Below, in pieces: positions 29,469 to 39,417 of a stretch of 64,000 nt of DNA; the first letter of the stretch is position 1; each line of letters opens with the position of its first letter. The stretch is taken from the NCBI GenBank assembly GCA_963704725.1, contig OY969934.1, forward strand, positions 576,001 through 640,000. The letters run 5' to 3'. The notes beneath the pieces are model-generated. The model did not search any database. It saw only the letters and a program-made list of their open reading frames with translations, and was not told the DNA's origin. The DNA comes from an uncultured Actinomycetes bacterium (GTDB taxonomy: Bacteria; Actinomycetota; UBA4738; HRBIN12). The translations under genes were made by a program, and so were the position numbers.

Positions 29469-31628
29469 CTACGAGGCCTCGCTGACGGAGAACTCGCGCG
29501 GCGCCGGCACCGCGTCGAGCGGCAGTGTGGCGAGCACGGTCGTGCCCTTGCCCGGCGTCGAGTGGACCATGAACGTGCCGTTGGCGAGCTCGACGCGCTC
29601 GCGCATCGAGGCGAGCCCCACCCGGCCCATCTGCAGGTACTCGCGCGCCTTGGCCGAGTCGAACCCCACGCCGTCGTCGGCCACCTCGATGCGGAGCTGG
29701 CCGCCGACCGCCTCCACCGAGACCGCCACCCGCTTGGCCTTGGCGTGCTTCGTGCTGTTCGAGAGCGCTTCCTGGACGATGCGGTAGGCGAGCGTCTCGA
29801 GGTCCTGGGGGATCTCGAGCGTGGCCCTGCCGATGAACTCGGACTTCACGTGGTTCTCGGTCCCGTACTTGTCGACGTTCTCGCGCAGCGCCGGGATCAG
29901 GCCCCGCTCCTCGAGCAGCGGCGGGCGGAGCCCCGACATCAGGCGCCGGAGGTTGTCCGCCTCCTCCGAGAGCTCGCGCCGGACCTTGGACAGGACCTCG
30001 ATGCCCTCCTCCATCTCTCCGGCCTTCAGCATGAGCAGGACGGCCTCCATCGACAGCGACGCCGCCGAGACCCCTTGCACCGGACCGTCGTGCAGGTCGC
30101 GGGCGATGCGGTTGCGCTCGCTCTCGATCGCGGCGTTCGTCCGCCGCATGATCCGCGTGCGGTCCTCGTCGCGGTCCTGGAGGAACTTGAACAGGGACCG
30201 GATCGTCTGGTCGGCCACGCGCGCGGCGGTGACGTCGCGGACCAGCAGGAGCCGCCGCGGGGGGTCGCCGGGGATCTCGGACATCCGGGACTCGAGGTAG
30301 ACGGCGTTGCCCTCGCGCCGCAGCGTCCCCTGGCCGGTCATCGGCAGCGAGGCGAAGGATTCGTCGGCCTCGATCGAGGCCGCGAGCGCCGTCCATGGCT
30401 GGCCCTCGACGAGCGCGGTGGTCAGCTCGATCATCCGGCAGAAGGCGCCGTTGGCGCGCAGGATCACGTCGCGGTCGTCGAGCTCGACGATCCCGTCGAC
30501 CGCGGCCTCGAACACCGTGCGCAGGCGCTCCTCGGACTCGCGGAGGGTCTCGTTCGCCCGCTGGAGCCTGGCCAGGGCCTTGTCCGTCTCTCGGAGCGCG
30601 ACCTCCTTCTGGTTCAGGGCCTCGTGCACCGCCCGTTGGGCGTGCGCGCCGCGGACCTGGTTCACCAGGATGCGGAGCACGACGCCGATGAGCAGGATGC
30701 CGATCAGGCCGGACGCGTGGAGCGGGCCGATGCGCTCGTCGATCTCGAGCGTCGCCACCGTGCCGAGCGCGCCGCACGCCGTCGTCACCGACATGGTGGT
30801 GAGCAGGGCCCGCCCGTAGCGGGCCGGCCGGAGGGCGCGGTGCTCGTCCGCCAGGCGCGGGATCGTGGTGACGAGGAGGGCCACGAGCAGGGTGGACAGG
30901 GCGATCGGGAGCTCGATCTCCGGCACGCCGACGCGGAACGTGCCGCGGACCCACGCGTCGCCGAAGATCAGCAGGCCGCTCGAGAGCGCGCACATCGCGA
31001 GGAACAGCCCGACGTGCGACACGGTGGGCAGCCACAGGGCGAGGGCGCCGTAGGCCGCGACGATGGCGGCCACGATCGCGGCGAACTCTCCGGCCGAGGC
31101 GGAGACCGCGGTGTCGGGAACCCCCGGGCGGAGCAGGAGGTACAGGATCGTGCCGAGCGCCACCGTGGTGAGCGCGACGTCGGCCGTGATCTCGCGGCGG
31201 TCCTCACGCGGGACGTGCCCGCGGAGCTCGTACGCGACGGGGATCAGGAACAGCGCGGCCACGAGCACCAGCGCGGCGTCGTACGGCGTCGGGGTGGTGA
31301 ACTCGGTGTGCCGGAACTCCAGGAGTGCCAGCGTCGACGTGACCGCGGCCATCCCCAGCGTTCCCAGGCCGAGCGACCACGCGCTCCGCCACGCGTCGGG
31401 GCGGCGCGCGCGGGCGAAGATGGCCAGGGCGGCGACGAGACAGGCGCCGGCGACGATCGCGCTCGGGGCTCCCTCCGCGTCTCGGATGTCGGGGAGCGCG
31501 AGCACGTACCCCGCGAGGACGCTCGCCGCCACCAGGAGGAGGACGGCTGACGCGAACCAGCCACGCCGCTGCGCGGGATGTGCAGACATCTCGCCGGTAT
31601 GTTCGTCCACGAACGAGGGTGACTCCAT
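29469..31628 (-). CDS. multi-TM PAS sensor histidine kinase (HisKA_3)
   Basis: ERNRIARDLHDGPVQ, QEALSNSTKHA, DDGVGF; PAS FEAAVDGI; many TMs. Confidence 0.9.
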   Translation of the reverse strand: MESPSFVDEHTGEMSAHPAQRRGWFASAVLLLVAASVLAGYVLALPDIRDAEGAPSAIVAGACLVAALAIFARARRPDAWRSAWSLGLGTLGMAAVTSTLALLEFRHTEFTTPTPYDAALVLVAALFLIPVAYELRGHVPREDRREITADVALTTVALGTILYLLLRPGVPDTAVSASAGEFAAIVAAIVAAYGALALWLPTVSHVGLFLAMCALSSGLLIFGDAWVRGTFRVGVPEIELPIALSTLLVALLVTTIPRLADEHRALRPARYGRALLTTMSVTTACGALGTVATLEIDERIGPLHASGLIGILLIGVVLRILVNQVRGAHAQRAVHEALNQKEVALRETDKALARLQRANETLRESEERLRTVFEAAVDGIVELDDRDVILRANGAFCRMIELTTALVEGQPWTALAASIEADESFASLPMTGQGTLRREGNAVYLESRMSEIPGDPPRRLLLVRDVTAARVADQTIRSLFKFLQDRDEDRTRIMRRTNAAIESERNRIARDLHDGPVQGVSAASLSMEAVLLMLKAGEMEEGIEVLSKVRRELSEEADNLRRLMSGLRPPLLEERGLIPALRENVDKYGTENHVKSEFIGRATLEIPQDLETLAYRIVQEALSNSTKHAKAKRVAVSVEAVGGQLRIEVADDGVGFDSAKAREYLQMGRVGLASMRERVELANGTFMVHSTPGKGTTVLATLPLDAVPAPREFSVSEAS

Positions 31629-31716
31629 CACCCGGCCGGGGCACCTACGTCGAACGCCCATCCTAGGCCGGTTGGCCGAGCGACCGGTGGCGCGACCGGC
31701 GGACCCCCGGTTCGGC

Positions 31717-32355
31717 CTACTCGATCAGGCGGCGGCGCAGGGCCTCGGCGACCGCGGCCGTGCGGTCGGATGCGCCGAGCTTCTCGAAGATGTGCTCGAG
31801 GTGAGTCTTCACCGTGTCGGGCGAGATGTACAGGCGCTCGGCGATGTCGCGGTTGGTGTGGCCGAACGCGAGGAGCTGGAGCACCTCGATCTCGCGGGCG
31901 GTGAGCGTCTCGGCGCGACGGTCGCGCTCCTTGGCCTGGCTGAGCTCCTCGGCCAGCGCCACCACGAGCTGGGGGTCGATGACCATGTTGCCGCCGGCCA
32001 CCAGGCGGACCGTCTGGATCAGGTGCTCGGCGTCCCGGGCCTTCAGGACGTAGCCCCGGGCGCCGGAGCGCACGGCCTCGACGACGAACTGCCGGTCGTC
32101 GTACGCCGTGAGCATGATGACGCCCACGTTGGGGAACCGGTCCCGGATCTGCCGGGCGGCCTCGAGCCCGTCCATCTCGGGCATCCGGATGTCGACCAGG
32201 GCGATGTCGGGGGTCTCGCGCTCAATCAGGTCCACGAGCTCCTTGCCGTTGGCGGCCTCGCCGACGACCTCGATGCCCTCTGCCATGTCGAGATAGCGCC
32301 GGAGCCCCTGGCGGACCAGGGAGTGGTCGTCCGCGATGGCTACCCGTACGGTCAC
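31717..32355 (-). CDS. NarL/LuxR response regulator
   Basis: IADDH, LVDIRMP, LTAREIEVL...TVKTHL. Confidence 0.93.
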   Translation of the reverse strand: MTVRVAIADDHSLVRQGLRRYLDMAEGIEVVGEAANGKELVDLIERETPDIALVDIRMPEMDGLEAARQIRDRFPNVGVIMLTAYDDRQFVVEAVRSGARGYVLKARDAEHLIQTVRLVAGGNMVIDPQLVVALAEELSQAKERDRRAETLTAREIEVLQLLAFGHTNRDIAERLYISPDTVKTHLEHIFEKLGASDRTAAVAEALRRRLIE

Positions 32356-32416
32356 CCGTAACCTCCCGCCTGCTCACGCCCCTGCGAGCGACATCCTATA
32401 TGTCGGGGGGGACCCC

Positions 32417-33616
32417 TCAGAAGATGTAGTACCAATTGACGGTGAGCACGGAGAGCACCCCCAGGGCGGCGGCGCCCGCCGCGGCGAGCCCCCACCGGGG
32501 GATCCGGAAGCGCTCGGCGAGCTCCGCGGCCCCCCAGAAGGCGGGGAACAGGGGGAGCGCGAACCGGGGCATCGACATCAGCGGGCGGTCCGGGAACACG
32601 AACGTCAGGGGGATGAGCACGCTCCCCAGCAGGTACAGGCCGTAGGCCGGCCGGTACCTGGTCGCCGCCCAAGCCGCCACGAGCAGGACCGGCACCACGA
32701 CGAGCCAGTCGATCAGCCAGTAGCCGCCGTTCGTCTCACCGACCAGGCGGAACGCGGTCCGGGTCCCGTGCCACATCGTGACCCAGGGCCAGGAGAACTC
32801 GCGCTGCCAGTCCTGCTGCTTGCTGAACGGCGCCAGGAGATCGCCGGTCCGAGCCTGCCACCACGCGAGGTAGGCCAGCGTCCCGCCGGCCGTCGCGCCG
32901 GCCGCGAGCAGTCCGGGCCACGCCCGGCCGCCCTCCGTCCGCCGGTGCCACGCCTCGATCGCCAGCGCCGGCGCCAGCACGATCCCCACGCTGCGGGTCA
33001 GGGCCGCGAGGGCGCCGCAGGCCCCGGCCAGGAGCCATCGCTCGCGCCGGGCGGCCCAGAAGGCGCTCACCACGAGCAGCAGGAACAGCGGCTCGCTGTA
33101 GGGCATGAGGAAGAAGTACGACGTCGGGAAGAAGGCCAGGAGCACCACCGTGGTCCGAGCCCGCCGCTCGTCGAGCTCGAGGGCGGTCAACCGGTAGGTC
33201 ATCACGAGCGCGGCGAGGAAGGACGCGTTCGACACGAGGACGGAGGCGGCGAAGGGGCGCCCGAGCAGGACCCACGAGACCGCCCGGATCGCCAGCGGGT
33301 AGAGGGGGAAGAACGCGGCGCTCCCGTCGCCCCCGCGGTACCCGCCGTCCGCGATCCGCAGGAACCACAGCGCGTCGAACCGCTCCCAGGCCGTGAACAG
33401 GTTGTGCCATCCCGGATCGGGGATGGGGTGGGCCGGCCATCCGGGCACCCCGACGGGGTCGATCGGCGGGATCACCGAGACGGCCACGACGCCGATCACG
33501 AACGTGAGCAACCGCAGTCCGAGGAAGACCAGCGCGCAGTACCGCACCACCTGCCCCAGCGACGGCTCCTCGACCCGCGCCGCCTCCACGGCCGGCGCCT
33601 CGGTGTCCGTCCTCAC
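32417..33616 (-). CDS. PIG-V-like mannosyltransferase (GT-C)
   Basis: WERFDALWFLRIA, AFFPLYP, PYSEPLF, SMPRF. Confidence 0.85.
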   Translation of the reverse strand: MRTDTEAPAVEAARVEEPSLGQVVRYCALVFLGLRLLTFVIGVVAVSVIPPIDPVGVPGWPAHPIPDPGWHNLFTAWERFDALWFLRIADGGYRGGDGSAAFFPLYPLAIRAVSWVLLGRPFAASVLVSNASFLAALVMTYRLTALELDERRARTTVVLLAFFPTSYFFLMPYSEPLFLLLVVSAFWAARRERWLLAGACGALAALTRSVGIVLAPALAIEAWHRRTEGGRAWPGLLAAGATAGGTLAYLAWWQARTGDLLAPFSKQQDWQREFSWPWVTMWHGTRTAFRLVGETNGGYWLIDWLVVVPVLLVAAWAATRYRPAYGLYLLGSVLIPLTFVFPDRPLMSMPRFALPLFPAFWGAAELAERFRIPRWGLAAAGAAALGVLSVLTVNWYYIF

Positions 33617-34854
33617 GCCGGGGCCTCGGCGAGCGCGGGCTCGGCCGGGGCGGCCGGGACCGGGGCCGGCTGCCGGCGGCGCACCCACGCCAGGATGCAG
33701 GCGACCAGGATCACGGTGCGAACCAGCACGGCGATCTCGAACGCGCCGAAGGGGAGGCCCCCGAGACCGGAGAGCCGCCCGAAGAACGAGAACCGCGTCA
33801 CGAACACCGCGAGGTCGGCCGCCTCGAACGCGACGAACAGCCGGGGCTCGGGAAGGGCGAGCGCGAACCACGGCAGCAGCCACAGCCCGTACTGGGGCGA
33901 GTACACCTTGTTCGACAGCAGGAACAGGACGAGGATCGGCAGGCCCAGGGTCCACCGGGGGAAGCCCGGGTCCCGAGCGGCCTTCCACCGCCACACGGCC
34001 GCGGCCAGCGCGACGAACGCCAGCGCCGACACGACGTTGATCAGCCGGGTGTTCCCGCACGAGGCGAGCTGGCCGGACAGCCGCTCGCAGCCGATGAAGT
34101 AGAGGCTGTCCCAGTCCGCCGGACGGGCCGAGTTGAAGCGGAAGAACTCCCACCACGCGCTCGGCGACGCGAGCGCGAAGGGCAGGTTCACCGCGATCCA
34201 CGTCCCGACCGTGGCCCACACGAGGTAGGTGCCGCGATCGGGCTCGCGAGAGCGGAACCGCCCCGCGGCGAACGGGATCAGCAGCAGCGCGGGGTAGAAC
34301 TTCGCCGCGGCCCCGAGGCCGAGGAGCACGCCTGCGCCGAGGTCGCGCCGCCGCAGGTACAGGAGCGTGGCGCCGGTGGCGAGCGCGACGGCCAGGAGGT
34401 CCCAGTTCATGAACCCGTAGACGAGCAGCGTCGGCGCGAGCGCGAAGTACAGCGCGCGACCCCCGGCCATCAGGTACAGGCACAGGGCGACGGCGAAGGC
34501 GGCGACCGTGAGGAACACGACGTTCGCCGAGAAGAAGGCCGAGACGTCGCCGCCCGAGACCCATGCGGCCAGGCGCATCGTCCACATCGACAGCACCGGG
34601 TACTCGTCGCACTCGCCGGCCGCGTCCGCGTCGCAGCGGTCGAGGAACGGCAGGCGGCCACCCGAGAGCTGCTCGGTGCCCAGCAGCGGCACGATGTCGG
34701 AGTAGCACAGCCGCGTGTACTGGCGGCCGTCCCCCCAGTCCCCGCCGCTGCACGGCGACTTCACGGCGAGGCCGAGGGCGAGCGTGGCCGAGAGGCACAC
34801 GAAGACCATCCCGAGCCCGATCCGGCGCGTCGCGGCCGCCACCGGCCGCATCAT
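33613..34854 (-). CDS. GT87/DUF2029 glycosyltransferase
   Basis: CYSDIV, EYPVL, NWDLL, AAKFYP, KVYSPQYGLWLLP. Confidence 0.88.
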   Translation of the reverse strand: MMRPVAAATRRIGLGMVFVCLSATLALGLAVKSPCSGGDWGDGRQYTRLCYSDIVPLLGTEQLSGGRLPFLDRCDADAAGECDEYPVLSMWTMRLAAWVSGGDVSAFFSANVVFLTVAAFAVALCLYLMAGGRALYFALAPTLLVYGFMNWDLLAVALATGATLLYLRRRDLGAGVLLGLGAAAKFYPALLLIPFAAGRFRSREPDRGTYLVWATVGTWIAVNLPFALASPSAWWEFFRFNSARPADWDSLYFIGCERLSGQLASCGNTRLINVVSALAFVALAAAVWRWKAARDPGFPRWTLGLPILVLFLLSNKVYSPQYGLWLLPWFALALPEPRLFVAFEAADLAVFVTRFSFFGRLSGLGGLPFGAFEIAVLVRTVILVACILAWVRRRQPAPVPAAPAEPALAEAPA

Positions 34855-35114
34855 CGCACGGCCTCCGGACCCCGGACGTGCAGCGGGGCCGCCGAGGGGG
34901 AGGCGGCCCCGCCGTCACCTTCCGGGATCGGACCGCTGAGGTCCGTCCGGCTCCCGAGCCGGTCGCCCGTGGCGTCCGGCTCTTCGTGCCGTCGCTGCAT
35001 CCATCGGCAGGACGGTGTCACGAGCGCATGGTCCACGAGGGGGGTTGTGGCGGCCCCACCGGGGGAGACCGTTCGGAGTTGCCGTTCGGACGAACGGCCC
35101 CTCGACCTCGGGAC

Positions 35115-35786
35115 TCAGAGCTCGATCTGTCCGTGACGGACCGCGAGGGCCACGGCCTCGAGCTTGGAGTGCACCTCGAGCTTGCCGAGGACGTTACGCA
35201 CGTGGGTCTGCACGGTCTGGGGGCTGATGAACAGGGTGCCGGCGATGTCGTCGTTGCGGCGTCCCTGCGCCACGTACTGGAGGATCTCTCGCTCGCGTTC
35301 GGTCAGCGTGGCGAACCGCGACAGGACCTCGCGCTGCTCCTCCCGTTCCTTCGTCACCTGGTGCAGCAGCCGGGCCAGCGTGGCGGGGTCGATCAGGACC
35401 TCGCCCTCGGCGGCCGCCTTCGCGGCGGCCAACACCTCGTCCGCCGGCTCGTCCTTGCCGAAGAACCCGGACGCGCCGGCCTCGACCGCCTCGACGAGGA
35501 GCCGCTCGTCGTCGTGCGCGGTCATGATCACGACCTTCGTGGGCGGCGAGGCCTCCTTGATCTTGCGCGTCGCCTCGATCCCGCTCATCCCGGACTTGAA
35601 CTCGATGTCCATCAGGACCACGTTGGGCCGGTGCTCCCGCGTGAGCTCGACGGCGCGCTCGGCGTCGTGGACCGGCCGCGCGACGAGCCGGAGCTCCGGG
35701 TCCCGCTCGACCACCATGGCGAGCGCGTCGGTCAGGGTCTTGTGGTCATCGCAGATGAGCAGCGTGACCGGTTCGTGAGCGCTCAG
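35115..35786 (-). CDS. NarL/LuxR response regulator (probable CTG start)
   Basis: ICDDH, LMDI, LTEREREIL...TVQTHV; GAGGAG-N7-CTG, no canonical start nearby. Confidence 0.85.
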   Translation of the reverse strand: MSAHEPVTLLICDDHKTLTDALAMVVERDPELRLVARPVHDAERAVELTREHRPNVVLMDIEFKSGMSGIEATRKIKEASPPTKVVIMTAHDDERLLVEAVEAGASGFFGKDEPADEVLAAAKAAAEGEVLIDPATLARLLHQVTKEREEQREVLSRFATLTEREREILQYVAQGRRNDDIAGTLFISPQTVQTHVRNVLGKLEVHSKLEAVALAVRHGQIEL

Positions 35787-35799
35787 CTCGGAGCTCCTC

Positions 35800-36681
35800 T
35801 CACTCCATGGCCCGATCCTCGGCCGGCAGGGTGATCCGCAGGATGGTACCCCCCTCATCCCGGTCGTCCATCTCCACCCGGCCCTCGTGGGCACGGACGT
35901 GTGCCCTGGTGAGGAACAGCCCGAGCCCGGCCCCCGGCGTCTCCTCGTAGCCGGACGGCCGCCACGCGCCGAAGCGGTCGAACACGCTCTCGGCGCGCTC
36001 GAGGGGGATGCCGGGGCCGCGGTCGCCGATCTCGACCACCGCCGTCCCGTCATCCCCCCGCCGGACCGCGACGTCGATCGGGGCGTCCGGGGGAGAGAAC
36101 TTCGCGGCGTTCTCGATGACGTTGCCGATCGCCTCCGACAGGTGCAGGTGGTCGGCCTGCACCCGGATCCCCGGCTCGATGTCCAGGGACATCGGGTGCT
36201 CGCCGTGGGGGGTGGCCCACGCCGCCTGCTCGACGAGCGGCCCGAGCTCCAGCTCGCGCAGGTCGTACACGACGCGATCGGCGTCGACCTTCAACGCCGT
36301 CGAGGCCTGTTCGAGGACGCGCTTGAGGCGGCCGGCCTCGTCGTCGATGAGCGTGAAGAACTCCCGGCGCTCCTCGTCCTCGAGCTGGTCGAACATGCGG
36401 GCGCCGGTCGAGGCCAGGCCCTTGATGGCCATCAGGGGGTTCTTCAGCTCGTGGGAGAGCTTCGAGGCGGTCTCGGCCCGCTCCGAGAGCGCGTCGCCCG
36501 GACCCTCCCGCCGACCGGCGCCCCACACGGCGGCGCCGGTCGAGATCACGACGCCCACGATCCCGGCCGCGATCAGCCCGCGCGCGTCGCCCTCGGTGCT
36601 CCCCAGGGCGGCCCCCAGGGCCCCCATGGTGGCCGCCGCGACGACGAGGGCGGCGACGAGGAACCACCGCGTCGATCCCAC
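35800..36681 (-). CDS. sensor histidine kinase (HisKA, 2 TM)
   Basis: SHELKNPL, NVIENAAKFS, DRGPGI, GAGLGL. Confidence 0.9.
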   Translation of the reverse strand: MGSTRWFLVAALVVAAATMGALGAALGSTEGDARGLIAAGIVGVVISTGAAVWGAGRREGPGDALSERAETASKLSHELKNPLMAIKGLASTGARMFDQLEDEERREFFTLIDDEAGRLKRVLEQASTALKVDADRVVYDLRELELGPLVEQAAWATPHGEHPMSLDIEPGIRVQADHLHLSEAIGNVIENAAKFSPPDAPIDVAVRRGDDGTAVVEIGDRGPGIPLERAESVFDRFGAWRPSGYEETPGAGLGLFLTRAHVRAHEGRVEMDDRDEGGTILRITLPAEDRAME

Positions 36682-36705
36682 GCGGCGAGTGTATTGCCCG
36701 GGGCT

Positions 36706-37494
36706 TCAGGAGCGGTACGAGTGGTCCTCGTCGGGGAAGGTCCCTGCGGCCACGTCGCCGGCGAAGGCCCGTGCCGCGTCCCCGATCTCGCGCCGCAGGT
36801 CCGCGTAGGCACGCGCGAACCTGGGGAGCCGCTCGGACAAGCCGAGGAGGTCGTGGATCACCAGGACCTGGGCGTCCGTTCCCGGGCCGGCTCCGATGCC
36901 GATCGTGGGGATCTGCAGCGTCTTGGTGATCTCGGCCCCCAGGTCGGTCGGCACCCCTTCCAGCACGACGGCGAACGCCCCGGCCTTCTCGAGAGCCTGG
37001 GCCTCGTCGAGCAGCCGGGCCGCGTCCTCGCCCCGACCCTGGACCCGGTAGCCGCCGAGACCGTGCACGGACTGCGGCGTGAGCCCGACGTGCGCCATCA
37101 CGGGGATGCCCAGCTCGACGAGCCGGTGCGTGAGCTCGACCTGCGGCCCCTCGAGCTTGACGGCGTGCGCGCCGCCCTCCTTCAGGAACCGCCCGGCGTT
37201 GCGGATCCCCTCGTCCACGGAGACCTGGTAGGACAGGAAGGGCAGGTCGCCGACCACCATCGCGCTCCGCGCCCCGCGGGCCACGGCGCGCGTATGGTGC
37301 AGCATCTCCTCCATCGTGACGGGGAGCGTGTTCTCGTAGCCGAGGACGTTGTTGCCGACGGAGTCGCCGACGAGCAGCACGGGGATGCCCGCCTCGTCGA
37401 GGATCCGCGCGGTGGGGAAGTCGTACGCGGTGAGCATCGCGAAGCGCTTGCCCTCCGCCTTCCACGCGCGCAGGTCGTGGATCGTCACCGTCAT
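36706..37494 (-). CDS. panB: 3-methyl-2-oxobutanoate hydroxymethyltransferase
   Basis: MLTAYD, LLVGDS, AVKLEG, HVGLTPQ, PTIGIGAG. Confidence 0.96.
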   Translation of the reverse strand: MTVTIHDLRAWKAEGKRFAMLTAYDFPTARILDEAGIPVLLVGDSVGNNVLGYENTLPVTMEEMLHHTRAVARGARSAMVVGDLPFLSYQVSVDEGIRNAGRFLKEGGAHAVKLEGPQVELTHRLVELGIPVMAHVGLTPQSVHGLGGYRVQGRGEDAARLLDEAQALEKAGAFAVVLEGVPTDLGAEITKTLQIPTIGIGAGPGTDAQVLVIHDLLGLSERLPRFARAYADLRREIGDAARAFAGDVAAGTFPDEDHSYRS

Positions 37495-37616
37495 CGCTCG
37501 CGCCTCCTTCCGGCAGTGCACGGCTGGGTTCGCAGAGTGTAACCGTGGTCCTGAGCCTGGCTCTTCCCCGCTGTCAGAGGTGGCTGGTAGGGTCGCCACC
37601 AGGCAGAAGCGATAAA

Positions 37617-37675
37617 CTCTGGGGTCGCCCATCCCTGCTCCCCCAGTGGGGGCCGTCCAGACCAGAGGAGGTGGG
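37617..37675 (+). promoter_or_regulatory. S6:S18 ribosomal protein leader (rpsF leader)
   Basis: CCCCC-AGT-GGGGG hairpin followed by CCG, outer CTCTGG/CCAGAG stem adjoining the GGAGG RBS of rpsF. Confidence 0.6.
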
Positions 37676-37678
37676 GCG

Positions 37679-37972
37679 CTGAGAACGTACGAGGCCATGC
37701 TCATCCTGCCCGCCGAGGCCGACGAGTCCGTCGTGTCCGGGGCGCTGGATCGCATCACCCGGATCGTGTCGGAGAGCGGCGGAGCGGTCGGCAAGGTCGA
37801 TCGGTGGGGCCGCCGGCGGCTCGCGTTCGAGGTCGATCGCCAGAGCGAGGGGTACTACGTCGTGGCGGAGTTCACGGCCGAACCCACGGCGATCGTCGAG
37901 CTGGAGCGCACGCTGCACCTCGCCGACGAGATCCTGCGCTTCAAGGTGGTCGTCCGCGGCGAGGCCGCGTAG
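37679..37972 (+). CDS. rpsF: 30S ribosomal protein S6 (CTG start)
   Basis: RTYEAMLIL...[10 protein letters not shown]...EILRFKV; start of the rpsF-ssb-rpsR-rplI operon. Confidence 0.93.
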   Translation: MRTYEAMLILPAEADESVVSGALDRITRIVSESGGAVGKVDRWGRRRLAFEVDRQSEGYYVVAEFTAEPTAIVELERTLHLADEILRFKVVVRGEAA

Positions 37973-38042
37973 GCGAAACGCACTTCCCCCTCCTCGGCCC
38001 GCCATCCGTCGGGGAGCGGATCAAGATCGGAAGGTGATGGAG

Positions 38043-38492
38043 ATGGCGAGCGAGAACCAGATCATCGTCGTGGGCAACCTCACGGACGACCCCGAGCTCC
38101 GGTACACGCCGAACGGGGCCGCCGTCGTGAAGTTCCGCGTCGCCGTGAACCGCCGGTACAAGGACGAGGCCGGCAACTGGAAGGACGGCGACACCTCCTA
38201 CTTCTCCGTGAACGCGTGGCGTTCGCTGGCCGAGAACGTCGCCGAGTCCCTCACCCGGGGCACGCGTGTCGTGGTCGCCGGGCGCCTGCAGATGCGCTCC
38301 TGGGAGACCCAGGAGGGGGACAAGCGCACGGTCGTGGAGATCGAGGCCGACGAGATCGGTCCGAGCCTGCGGTGGGCGACGGCGAAGGTCGAGCGCCAGG
38401 GCCGCTCCGGCTCGGGCGACTGGTCCGCGCCGGCCGTCGTCGGCGCGTCGAGCGGAAACGAGGAGACACCACTGGATGCCAGCGAAGTCTAG
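38043..38492 (+). CDS. ssb: single-stranded DNA-binding protein
   Basis: [34 protein letters not shown]. Confidence 0.95.
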   Translation: MASENQIIVVGNLTDDPELRYTPNGAAVVKFRVAVNRRYKDEAGNWKDGDTSYFSVNAWRSLAENVAESLTRGTRVVVAGRLQMRSWETQEGDKRTVVEIEADEIGPSLRWATAKVERQGRSGSGDWSAPAVVGASSGNEETPLDASEV

Positions 38493-38748
38493 GAAGCGAC
38501 CGCCCAAGAAGGAGAAGGACGAGAAGGGCTGGCAGAAGAAGCAGAAGCGCAAGGTCTGCATCTTCTGCAAGGACCGGATCGAGTACGTCGACTACAAGGA
38601 CACCGCGATCCTGCGCAAGTTCGTGTCGGAGCGCGGCAAGATCCGGGCGCGACGCGTGACGGGCAACTGCTCGCAGCATCAGCGCGACGTCGCGACCGCG
38701 GTCAAGAACGCCCGCGAGATGGCCCTCCTGCCCTACTCGTCGCGATGA
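38476..38748 (+). CDS. rpsR: 30S ribosomal protein S18 (zinc-binding form)
   Basis: [33 protein letters not shown]. Confidence 0.96.
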   Translation: MPAKSRKRPPKKEKDEKGWQKKQKRKVCIFCKDRIEYVDYKDTAILRKFVSERGKIRARRVTGNCSQHQRDVATAVKNAREMALLPYSSR

Positions 38749-39197
38749 AGATCATCCTTCAGAAGCCCGTCGACAAGCTCGGGGTCCCCGGGGACATCGT
38801 CGAGGTCGCCGACGGCTACGCGCGCAACTACCTCATGCCCCGGGGCATGGCGGTCAAGGCGACGCGGGGCGGCGTCAAGCACATCGACAGCCTGAAGCGG
38901 GCGCACACCACCCGCACGAACAAGGCCAAGGCGGAGGCCGAGCAGCTCGCCGGCCGGCTCATCGCGACGCCGATCAAGATCACGGCGCACGCGGGCGAGG
39001 AGGGCAAGCTGTTCGGGAGCGTCACCGCCTCCGACGTCGCCGAGGCCATCGACAAGGCCGCCGGGATCCGCGTGGACCGCCACGACGTGCACCTCGACGA
39101 GCCGATCCGCTCGATCGGCACGCACGAGGTGCGTGTGCACCTGTTCGCCGAGGTCGACCCGGTCGTCTCGGTGGAGGTGGAGGGCTCGGAGGTCTGA
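38745..39197 (+). CDS. rplI: 50S ribosomal protein L9
   Basis: MKIIL...[25 protein letters not shown]. Confidence 0.96.
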   Translation: MKIILQKPVDKLGVPGDIVEVADGYARNYLMPRGMAVKATRGGVKHIDSLKRAHTTRTNKAKAEAEQLAGRLIATPIKITAHAGEEGKLFGSVTASDVAEAIDKAAGIRVDRHDVHLDEPIRSIGTHEVRVHLFAEVDPVVSVEVEGSEV

Positions 39198-39213
39198 GGT
39201 CACGCTCGATTCG

Positions 39214-39250
39214 ACGACCCCGGATCGCTTCGGCGTCCGGGGTCGTTTCG
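39214..39250 (+). terminator. intrinsic terminator hairpin after rplI
   Basis: ACGACCCCGGA / TCCGGGGTCGT 11-bp stem followed by a short T run. Confidence 0.65.
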
Positions 39251-39410
39251 TGGCTGGGGTCGGTGGGGCGCGCTGAGGTCGGGCGGTCCCGCCGGGCTGC
39301 TCGTCTCCGCCTTCGCACTCGGTCCGTGCTCGTCGAGGTCCGTTGGCTCCGGCTCCGCTCGACGACGCCCGGCGGGACCGCCCTTCTCGCGCGCCGCCGT
39401 CGTCGTCGGG
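39247..39410 (-). repeat. structured ~160-nt repeat, copy 1
   Basis: Aligns by eye to reverse complement of 40331-40490; perfect 17-bp stem 39281-39297/39367-39383. Confidence 0.85.
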
Positions 39411-39417
39411 TCGGACC

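Noticed and set aside
34851-35036. Small ORF overlapping the GT87 start
   Set aside because: ATGA overlap is suggestive but the peptide has no recognisable features
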